Of a stretch of 64,000 nt of DNA, positions 45,601-58,929 are shown one piece after another. How positions within the stretch are numbered: position 1 is the first letter of the stretch; every line of letters starts with the position of its first letter. Location of the stretch: NCBI GenBank assembly GCA_965285935.1, contig OZ260661.1:34224001-34288000 (forward strand), written 5' to 3'. Under the pieces are notes generated by a model. The model made no database searches and was not told where the DNA came from. It worked only from the letters and a program-made list of their open reading frames with translations. A program made the position numbers and the translations under genes. This stretch comes from Ophelia neglecta. Lineage: Eukaryota.

Positions 45601-48059
45601 ATATCAAATCTTCACTCGGCTATCTCTCCGGGCGTTCCTTGTAAGTCTAGGAGAACCTATAATGAGGTTTTTATATCTATGGACCCCACAGCTTCTCTAA
45701 CTAGCTGTCAGGCCGGCCAAGTCGAGATTTGTTAATCCTCTCCCAGAGCATACTTCAAAGTCGGCTCACTTATTCACAGGTGCCTTCGTAAACAAGCAAG
45801 GCGGCTAATTTAGTCTCTGATCCTAGACAGGTGCTACCCCTTGCCACCCGGTAAAATGGCAAATTAAGGCTAAATGTTGGGGTATGCTCAGGTAACATTT
45901 ACTCAGGTAAAAACAACAGTTTATTGCATAGATAAAAAATAAACCTAGCTTAACCACGCGTGATTCATGTGATGTAATATGCACACGGGGGTTAATAGGT
46001 CTATTTTGCGCCTCGTTTTGAATCCGAGCGGAAGTTAGCCTTATTCCGCGCAGCAACTATCCATCTATAATCCATCTCCATTCTGTAATCAGGGTTAATA
46101 TGTGGCGTAATTACAAAGATGGTCGTAATAAAACAGAAATATTCCATTTAACTTTTATTAAATCTTATATGATATATGTGAAGTAACAAGCCATGCATAT
46201 GATTGGCAATTTCTGGTCACATAAATTCATTTATGATGTATGATTAGCCAATCTAACGCAACGGTTTACTAATACCCACAGCTGCTGACAATTTGCGAAT
46301 CATCCTTCAGATAAATCAGATAAATCTCCCAACTTAACGTCTTTTCCAGGTGTTTAATCTAAGATATTAAAACAATATATAATATCATTTTTAAGTCATG
46401 TGTCTCTGAACACCTGCATCTGATTAATGTATAAACTGGAATTTAATTATTACTTCGAAACTAATTTATACTGGAATTAGATCATTTATGTATGAGTCGG
46501 AATATCTTCGGACTTAATCATTGTAATGTGGTCAGATCTAGTCCCAAGCCGAGGATGGGGTGGTTCTGAAATTTCGCTGGTGAAAATTTTAAAGTGTCCA
46601 GAGATTTGGCTGGCTAAGATATATACCATGCCTGCCGGTCGGCACTGCAGGGGTGAGGAGCATTGACAACGGGTCCTTAAGCCATCTGTAGAGGCCATTA
46701 GAGTTGTGACTATTCAAATATATCCAGATAGAACAACATTATCAGCCTTTCACATTGCGAACATTTTTATAATCAAAATAACCTGTATATATTGTTAATT
46801 CAGATTTTTAAGCCTGTGTCAAAATAATAAATGAGCATTTCTGCACCCCAGTAATCGTATAAATGAGTAAACCTTAAAATTTCAAATGATTTTTTTGGTC
46901 ATATGACTTTTTCGGAATACGCAATACGCCTTCTTTATGCAACATATCTTTGGGGATCCCCCAGGGAGTGTTGGTTAGGGGCTGATTGAGGGGTGAGGTG
47001 GACAGGGGTGGTGGAGGAGAGGGGCAGGTATGCTATGAATCTGAGGGGGTATAAACGGTGTGAAACTAGCTAGAGACCTAACAATTCACACACTTTCCGC
47101 CTTTTCGACAAATAAATCTGCCAGTGGTGACAACTTTATTTACTTTAAAACTTTTATTGTCTTCTATACGACAATACATACTACAAAATAGTTCGATTAA
47201 TCGGTATAGTGTCAGTTGAGAAAATCGCATCGATTATCACCAGTATTTCCCCTTTCTTGTTTAAACTAACCAGATTCTGAATAACCTGTTTAACGGGCTT
47301 GTCTCTAATTTGTGAAACATAATTTAATCAAGACACCGTGGTGTAAAATTTTCCTGAAACAAGACGTGTTCTCATGTTCAAAACGAATATGAGCAGCTGA
47401 CAAGCCTTCCTGGAATTGTGGTAGGCAGAATTCCTTTGAAGATTAACCCGTGGGCCCAGAACTCACACAAAAAGTACTAGCATATAACACGGAGTTTCCG
47501 AGTACATGTAATATCGTTCAGGCCTAAACATGATCAAAGGCACTCATAACTTTTTATAAATATCTAAACCGACCTTACAATTTAATTGAGAAGCGACTGA
47601 ACTAACACTTCAGCTACCATCAACCTGGCGGAATTTATTTCGGCTCGACATCTGCCCCATTTGATGTAACACTAAACTCATCTACGCGCCGCCATCATAT
47701 CTTTCGACAGTTTTTGCCTCGGGGCCATTTCATTTCTTAACTACCTAGAAATTCCACGGTTATCGAAAGGTGCCACACTCGTGAAAAACCGATCACCGCG
47801 CCTCTAACCTGTCACATCTGGCAAGGTGCATTTCAATTCATCCCTTAGGATTAGTGAAGGATAAAGTGAGCGATAATCTGTGCATTGGATAGTTTAAAAT
47901 GGCCGCCAGGCAACCAGGCAGAGCTATCCCCGTAATTAATCGCTAACAAATTATTCCAAGATAATTTCACGCCCAGATGCGAAACACATTTCCCTGGTAT
48001 TTGCCTCGATTGAAATAAAGAACTCGGTACATAGGCCTAGGCCTATAAGCCATGCACAC

Positions 48060-48090
48060 GTCTGTCTGTCTGTCTGTCTATCTGTCTGTC
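48060..48090 (+). repeat. (GTCT)n microsatellite, ~7 units with one interruption
   Basis: Direct reading of the sequence. Confidence 0.9.
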
Positions 48091-50627
48091 AAAAGCGCCA
48101 CTTGTCAAATCGAACTATCAGAATTGTGACAATTAAAATCACAGTGCACGATTCAGCAGACTTCTTTAATGTGTGTTGTTCGCTTTGACACTTTTTTAGA
48201 ACAACATTGGCATTAATACCTTCATATCACAAGTTTGTTCTAAAACACTAAAAAACTAACTTTTTACAAACTCATTTGTGCATACTTGGGAGCATACTAT
48301 TTTAAAAAGCTATGGATTTTTGCCGACAGACGGTCGAGCCACTCTACCAATGATATCGCACACGTATTGCTTTTAAACAACACATTTATTGAATTTAGTC
48401 AATTGATCGGTTAATTCCTGGCCCTACCCGATGGATAACTATTAAATGACCAATAATACACTTACATGGACATTTGATTTAAAAAAAAGACATAGGGTAT
48501 TGTCGGTTCATTTTAGTATAATCTGCAGTGTGTAGCCTAAATGCGCGAAATAAGACTGCTTAATGCGAGGAAGTAAAGGAAGCCGAAAACTGCTGGTCCT
48601 ACACTGTATTAAGTGCGGACCTAGCCGACTTTCTCTAATATCGCTCACAATTTGTTGGCGCGATTAAACGATATGCGAATTTAAGCGACTTCAGCCTATA
48701 TGTCAACTCGAAATCAGGCAGCATTCTCTCAGTTATCAATACGCGAATGGAGAGTACTTATTTCATTAAATTATGAATTTCGCTCAGTCTGGGCATAGAT
48801 TGTTAACAGAGATTTGGCTCATTATTCGACTGCCTTGTCAATTTCCTGCCCGACCTCATCCATCTAATTAGCCGCCATGTATTTCACACACACACTGCGT
48901 ACAACTCCAGTGAGGACATTTTCTTTCGAATCTGTCAACACCTCGCCTATCTTTCAACTTGTGCGTTCGCAAACCACAACTGTTGCGATTTTTTTTTCTA
49001 TTTTTGCCGCCGAAAAACGGTGTTTTGCTCCACACGGTGAAGCGATTTTCACATTGGTATCTAGCGATTAGCGTCGGGGCCAGTCGGGATTTCAACGGCC
49101 CGGCTGCGCGGAGCGATTTCCGGCTGGCGTGATGAGGTCTGAAAGAAGTGTTTAACCCATTCTGACTCACTCAGCACCCAAGACGGAGATTAGACCCGAT
49201 TTACATTAGCTTAATGGCTAACACATTCGCCCCGCCATTTACGAAGAAACAGTTTTAAATTCGGCGAAGCAGGGTGAAAGTCGTGAAAATACGGGCAACG
49301 AGCCTGGCCGCTGGTGGCTGATGACAAGCATGTGTGGATATAGCTTCTTCAGTTATCGACTTTCTCTAATATCGCTCACCCTTGACCCGGCGTCTCTTTT
49401 AACCATCATTTACTAACACCCTTGGATCTCAATTGATATTTTCCAGACACGGCCAGATGTTTAAATATGTCTTCTAGATATTTGAAACTACACTACCTGC
49501 CTGAAAGATGGATATTGATCAAAGCTTATCAGCCTCTATTGATCTCACACCTGTCGGGACCAAGTTGTACCTGAATATGAAAAACCCCTGTCTGCACAGC
49601 AAGCAAAACGCTCGGGCAAATTCGGAGGTGCCAATAAACAGCCTTGCCGCTTAACCCATAAACAGCCCATCAATTTAAGATAGGAAAAGCGCGGAAAATA
49701 TCACCAGATGGCATTAGAAACTCTGCTTTTAGGGTTTTTTTTCCATAGTTTACAGAGAAAAAAAGCAAAGCATGTTGAAAATCGCTATTTAGAAGCTTTT
49801 AGACATCCGAGATAGGCCTTGGTGCATTTAGGTTTTGGGGTAGGGCTTGGAAACTTTGGCTGTTAACTGCAAGGCTCCCTGTTAGCTAGGCCTATATTAT
49901 TATAGAAAGCTACAAACATACGTGTATCGGCTTGTTATTTTCAACTTATCTTTGGTCTATTAGTATTCTTTCTTGAAAAACTTCAATCAAATATTAAGCA
50001 AACTTATATGTCCATAGACCTATAGTCATATTTCACTATTATTTACTTTTAGCAGCTATTGGTTTCGATTATAAATGAATAAAAAGTATTGTTTTAAGCT
50101 AAAAACATGGAACCCTATCTATCATCTTCTGTGATAGTCTTTGTCTCACTCGGCTAATAATAGGACGATTGAGTAGAAAAATATTTAAAATCAAAACATG
50201 TGAGACAAAAACAAGTAAGATAGTTATTAATGCAAACAAATATGTATTATAGTTATTTCTCACAATCCTTATCCCTGATAGCTCACTTAGATTTAATTAA
50301 ATAATCACTTATCTAGGTAGTCTCGCGATAACAATGTCCAATATCAGGACTTATTATCTGTAGTTAAGTAATATCCTAATTAACCCACTTTGCGTAATAC
50401 GGCTTAAACACTAATTAGTAATTAATTGTTAATGAAAAGTCATTAAGTCCATAAATGCACCAGAGATTTCAATACTTGCCTCGTTGCACACATAAGCGCT
50501 TAATTACTGGGCGCTTATCATTCTAAAACAAGGAAACTGATACTTATTGGTGAATATTAATGTGTTTACGTTCTGACTTGTTATCGAAAGAAAACAAATG
50601 TGTCTACTCAATAGTAAATAGATAATA

Positions 50628-50633
50628 TTTATT
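50628..50633 (-). terminator. Candidate polyadenylation signal of copy B
   Basis: AATAAA on the minus strand about 0.9 kb after the stop, followed ~30 nt later by U-rich TTTGTTTTCTTTC. Confidence 0.5.
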
Positions 50634-51514
50634 ATACAATATTCACAGAATATCCTAATTAAATATACAAGATTATACAACTCACAAATATTACAACTTG
50701 GCCGACGTCAAGGTCAACTATTTTTAGCCAGAAGAGCGGAAGTCAGAGGAGAACACAGTTCCGGTATAGACCTACATTATAGTTTCTTCATTTTGAATCA
50801 CCATATTAACATTCATATTAGGTCTCATCTTTAAATAATTGTTGAAAATATTTAACGATCACCATTAACATATTGTCTGTAAAAAACCATGTGAAAAGGA
50901 ATTGTGCTATGGCGAAAAGCGGATTTTCCACACCATACAAAAAAGTTCACCAATAAAAATAAGAAGGGGTGAATATTAGAGTTTCATATTAAATAAGAGT
51001 CTGCTGATTAAATAAAAGATATTTTCATATAATGATAATCATAAATATTTAAATACATAAATAGAATACCAAAGTGCTTATTGGATAGTCAAACAAGCAT
51101 AAAATACTTCAAGCCTGAGGTATTTCTAATCTAGAGATTCGGCTTTTTGTCAATAATCTACAGTTATGAGTTTAGTTCATACTTTCAGAATATTTACACC
51201 ACAAAACTGCATCCGCCTGTATGTCAGTCAAGCGACCAGCCAATAGGTCTTACTTTGTTTAATTAGAAATAAAAAGCAAGGAATTTCAACCTACATGTTA
51301 TAAGCACCCAGTTATTTTCCTGCGATCCACTGGAACACAGACTTTGTATACTATCAATTCAGTTTGGTTATTTACATTAACAGAGTTTTCAGTCTAAAGC
51401 GCTCTTGTTCTGCTTGCAGCTCAAAATTGTTCCTACAAACTTTCCTTTTTGAAAGTGTTTTAGCAGACGATTTGAGGAGCATGGTTAGAGTATTTGTTGG
51501 ACACCGTTGATCGA

Positions 51515-53521
<2,007 letters not shown>

Positions 53522-54113
53522 CTAATTCTTCAATATCCTCCTCGTCGGTTTCATATGATCTGTCAAGTTTGTTTTCTCTCGTCAGCGTGCTGTTATTATT
53601 GTCAGACGATTCGGAATCCGATGACTTTTTATTGCTGAATTTCACAGGATCTAAAATGTCTGCCACGAAGAATGAGGTAAACCTGACCCCCTGGCCGACA
53701 CTTGGGGCCCTTTGAGGGGGGTTAGGGGGTCGCCTGTCGTCATTGTTTGGTGAAGTGCTCGGCACGGGACTCGGTGGACTATGATTGTGTGGAAATGTCC
53801 GAAATCCTGGTGGACTTGAGCTAGAGTTAGAGTGAGGTGAGACCGACTTGGCGGCAGACTTGCTGAGATTTTCCGGAGACGGTAGCGGCGATCGGGATCT
53901 TTCCCTATGTCGGCTGCCTCCCACTTCCTCGCGCTCACGATTAGTGTCCGAGGAGTGATAATGTCCTCCAAACTCCTCCCTGAAACTCATCTGCTCCCTC
54001 TTATTCCTGAAATTTTCCATCATTCTAAGTTCTTTCTGTACTAACGACACCCTTCTTTCCATGCTCGTAGGGCTCATTGAAGCCTCTCGTGTCCGCAGAC
54101 TGCTGACATCCAT
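53522..54113 (-). CDS. Nkx1: NK1/Nkx1 homeobox gene, copy B, coding exon 1 (197 codons + 1 nt)
   Basis: First in-frame ATG at 54113 in good context (AAGATGG). Contains RERSRSPL and the eh1/TN motif TSFFVADILDPVKF (53678-53637). Donor TTA G|GTAAGA (phase 1). Joined CDS is 1092 nt = 363 aa. Confidence 0.88.
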
Positions 54114-54279
54114 CTTAAATAAATTCGTAAGCAGTAAACATTGGAATTCTGTGTGATACACAAGAAATCCGCGAAGCCTCTGCTCGGATGCTGCCAATAG
54201 AGATAGTGGTCAAACGTTAGAAGATATTCCCAAATGAAGATCTGTCACTGGTCTGATGTCTTCAACTTGGATGCTGATA

Positions 54280-54670
54280 GTCAAGTGATTCTGCAGTGAT
54301 GCACTTGTCCCATCTTATGCTGCCTGCTCAAATATCGGACGCTTCTGGTGCCCAGTGCGCCTGCGCGCTACCCAATGATGAAGCTGCACCTGTGATACGG
54401 CGATGACGGGCCAGCGAACACCTCTGGGCCTGGTTATTAATTTCACACTGGGGTTCTCGATTGCCTATCGTTCTGTGGACGAATCTAGCTGGGAATCACA
54501 TTCCGACACTGTTGATTCGGAGCCCTGGGAGCCGTGGCCCCGCCCAACGGGCCCAGGTTCTCGGCCCATACCCTCCCTCCCCCGGGGTGAGAACGGGCTC
54601 TGACGACCGCTTGATAATCGGTAAACACAAGGCCAAGGGGGCTGACAAATCGCCATTTATGTAATGCTCT
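54280..54670 (-). promoter_or_regulatory. Candidate proximal promoter of copy B
   Basis: GC/CpG-rich block upstream of the ATG containing TATTAATT, GC-box-like CCCGCCC and a CGCCATTT site. TSS unknown. Confidence 0.4.
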
Positions 54671-57600
54671 ACTTCCATGCTCAGCTTTATCTTTGCTATT
54701 TCCATCTTTTGCTTCGATTTCTTACTCTATAAACTGGTAAATGACATAGCAGAAGAATATTTATTTATCAACCATTCGGTCAAATGAATAACCACTCAAA
54801 TTTAACATGTTATCGAAAACAAGATATGAATCATCGAAAGCTTAAATGAATTATTTACCAAGAATGTAAGATGAATGATTCGTAATTGATTTTATTTCCA
54901 TGCAAATACGAAACAGCTCGTTTCTCGTTCTGAAGGAACTATCTTAGAGAATCAGCCGTTCTCTACCATCAGCCGAGTTCCACCACGTTATCCCGGTGAG
55001 TTTCCTATTCTTTTATTATCTAGCAAGAAATAATTGATAAATAAGAAACAAGAAGAATCTAGAAAGAACCAGTCACTTTGTAGAGATTTACATCGCGACC
55101 ATAGTTCTTGATGGCCAGATGAAAATTTAATCCGAGCAGTGCTGCTAGCCATATGAGCAGATCCTTAGCTGATAATCTGACAATGATAGCTGGTTGAGTA
55201 AGATAATCATGGGATTACCAGCGATGATCCCAGAGCAGTGTCCGTGACCAGGAACCGAGAACCACATAAATCTCGCCAGGCCCTGCCAACAACTGAAATT
55301 GAAGTCGAGAATATTGCACAACTTATTCCCGACTCAGCATGCCTGCTTTCTCACGTTATTAATGGCTTATCGGGGTATCATCAAATTAGAAGCGTTTACT
55401 GATAAATTGAGAGTCGGAATTGGCTTTAAATTACACAATTAGATGGGGTTAATGAAGAGTAGGCCAGTTGACACTTGTTTCCCTGAAGGGCAATTCGTTG
55501 GTATAATGTTATCGCGGTGATTTGACATGGTCCAATAGCATCACAAGAGCCGGTAAGATGGACGCAGTCGAGCCGACTGCGGCGGGAACCTATAGGACTT
55601 GAAAATCGGGGCTACTTTAACCTTAGCTCATTCTTATACAGTTATTTATTATATACTGGCTTATTAATGAATGCAGTGCCCTTTCTGGACAAAGTCAATC
55701 AGGAGGAATATCCCTAAAACGTAGCTTGATTGGATGACTATAGATCGTCTTGCTAGCTCTATTTAGGAGCTCGGGTTAGGAGCTTGTGAGTCGCCCAGCT
55801 CAACAGAGAGGGTAAGGTATTTGCCATTCTGTCAGACTCTAGCGATGAGGCAGACGAATGACTTGGCAAGCGGTTTAGACGAGTTAATAAGTCTTACGTC
55901 TTACAAATAAGGGCTTAAATTCCGATAAATCGAGCCAAATCTAGACAGGTTCCGAGAGTTGAATGTGACAGGTGAAATGACGTCACGCGAGGTTTTGCGA
56001 GATACGGCGTTATTTGGTAAACAAACATTGCAGATAACGTTTGGCGATTAACTGCGGTAGGAATTGCTACCGCATCTGGTAAAGTCCTTACCCGCGGAAA
56101 CACAATCTGTAACGCATTTAATTAAATTGTTTTCGCAGGGCGCTGTGCTGATAATTATCCCAGACTTGGAGCACATCAACCTAATTGATTAATCTTAATT
56201 GTAGTGCAGCACAAACCAAAGGCAATATTTAGGCATCTTATAATAAACAAGGTCTCGCCATTTTCTAACCACCAGTCTGATAAGGAAAGCTGTTGGAAGT
56301 CCTTTAGATAAGAATATGAGAAGATTTCAAAAGTAGCCACTGTAAACGAAACTAAATCTAGTTAAGACGTGTTGAAAACAAACTTTTGATTAAACTGAGC
56401 TCATGCTGTTTGTGTATGTAAAATAGATCAAATTCATTGGAAGTTTCATCAGGTTTTATTGGAAAGCGGTGATAATCAGTCGAACCTGCTGTTTGCAAGC
56501 GCCAAGTTGATGTCTTCTGCTGTACAGCTCAGCAAGAAAACAAATTACGGCCTTTTGATTTCTTTTGAAGGTGACAAACGGTTAAACAGTTCTCAATTAT
56601 GAAGTATAACCAGTTTACGAGTTTACCAATCATGCTTACATAAATAATTTCTACAAAGAAAGTGTGTCTAGTTCATAAGCTATAAAATGTTGTCATTTCA
56701 TTTAGGAGGAAATAAAGACGTCATTATCAAAATGGATTGTTTTTAAGGCACCCTCCTTCAGAGAATTACAACATTGAATTAAATGCTATTGTCCTCTATT
56801 TAAGAGTTTGATGGCAACAGCAACAGCCTCTGTTGATGCCCCATCCCCCCCCCCCTCCCCCGACATGCGTTCAATGGGATAAGAGTACAGTATCTCCAAA
56901 CAAAACCATGTTTTATTTGAGAGGCCTATTTCAATACATAAACGTTTTTAGCATGAACCGCTATGTATAAAACCCTTTCACCGCCATTTATTTATTTTAC
57001 GTTGGTAGAGGACTAGCAAAAAATCCATCACCCTTCTCCCCCTTCTCTGCAACCCCCCCCCCCCCCCTCCCCCACCTTCCTAGCCATCTTTTAAAAGAAA
57101 ATATAAAAATATATAGTCTGACATATTGATTGAACGGCATAAATATAATATATTGGGATCTGGCGGGTGTAGATAGCTAAAAGCAACGTGTAGTAAAGTA
57201 TCGTGGAGGGAACCAACTTATAATGTTCAGCATCATTGGAGTTGAATGTAAAGCTCACTTGATACACACTTTGTAGAAATCAAAGGGATTTGTGGTCTGC
57301 CGACACCTATTCTTATTTACGAAGTACATTCTTGAGAGGACAATATAGGTATGTAATATTTACCTCAGACACGTGGTCAAAATCAGTTAAAAGATTGAGG
57401 CAACCGGACGCTGTCAGGCTTATACCACCCCAAATGTGCGTGAAATTTGTATAATATGTCCAGGGCGGCTCATAGATTGATCTTTGATTTACATAAAGGC
57501 ACCAACACGTGTTGAAACTTCCCAAGGAAAATATCTCTTCTCTTTGAACCCCGGCGATTGACATCTCCAAACATATAGATGATAAAGTCAATATTTAGAT

Positions 57601-58697
57601 ATTATTATGTGGCTATCGGACTTGGGGTTATCGTGGCCTAATGATCGCCCGGGCGAAGGGGGCAGCATTGGAGTGATTAGGCTTCAGAGCGCCGGCGGGG
57701 CAGCGCCGAGACCCGAGAAAATATTTATGTAAGGAAACAACCACCGAGCACCACTCCCTGATGTTACTTTTTGCCTCAGACATCAAGTGAGCCACAAAAG
57801 AGTGACCAGGGCCTCAAACCGCGAGGAAAAAAGACCCCTTGTGTTTAGTGAGCATCCCAGGTCAGACGAAATGTGTTGTAAGGAGACGAACACATGGAAC
57901 TGATCAATAGGTGTGTTATAAAGAAAACAAAGGGAAAATATTACATTAAATAACCTGAGGATGTACAGATTATAGGTTATACCACAACAGGCCTGCCAAT
58001 GGAAAATTAGACACTCGGGGCTGCATGTAGTCGACTAAAATCATGATTGCCTTGTGTGATAGTTTTCTCATACTGTTCGCACCATAACTCTGGCTCATTA
58101 TAAAAATTCATTACCAGTAAGAATATCAACCAAGCCAATTTAACATGTATAAAGCAATGGAATCTTGGCCGTATTTTAACTGTGAAAGGGTTAATTGATA
58201 CTTTGTTTAGGGGTCAAACGGTTATAGGCCTATCTTTGACCATTTGTATGTCAAAAATAAATTTGTAAACAGTCCACCCTTAAGACTTACAGTAATCAAT
58301 AGATGTTAACACAGCGTTTGTCTGTTCATGAACACGTTTAGTGCTGAGATATCAGTGGATTTGGAAAGAAAAGAACCTTTATAATTATTCTATAAACAAA
58401 GGTATAAGCAAAGGGACTCGTGTACGGTTCTATAACAGCTTATCCTACCTATTACTTTACAATGACGAGACGCATGGGCGATGGAACCATCTGAGGCGAA
58501 AAAACGGTGAAAGGAGAATTGGGGGTGGGGGGGGGGGGGCTATTCAACTTATACTTGCTTATCGTGAAAATGATACGCAATCAAATGTGAGGGGCGACTT
58601 GACGTCCCATTGACAAGCGCTGGCTGATCATAACCAGTCATTAGTTAGAATAACTCTAATCAAAAGCACCGGGAAAGTCCCATCAGCTGGTCTGAAC

Positions 58698-58929
58698 TAA
58701 AGTGTCTCTGGTGTCGCAGTCAGAAAGTTGATTAATTGCGTAAGTTTAACTGCGTGAAAAACCACACTAAGCACATGTGCAATGTGTATATTTAAACTGA
58801 AATCTGGACTTTCTGTCTTTTTTGGCAACGATATACACAGTTTCATATGTGAATTAACAACATAGCACAGTCGGTAAAGTGTCTCTGGTGGCACACTCAG
58901 AAACATGATTAATTGCTCGGTAATTTAAC
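58698..58929 (+). repeat. Degenerate direct duplication (~55 bp core, 177 bp apart)
   Basis: TAAAGTGTCTCTGGTG..CA.TCAGAAA..TGATTAATTGC at 58698 and 58875. Confidence 0.8.

Noticed and set aside
14500-50500. Numerous 60-113 aa ORFs in the intergenic region
   Set aside because: No domain similarity, coding-like composition or consistent splice structure. Their lengths fit random ORFs with permissive starts.
54114-54197. 28-codon upstream extension of copy B in the ORF track
   Set aside because: It starts at TTG, a prokaryote-style start call. The first ATG in good context is at 54113.
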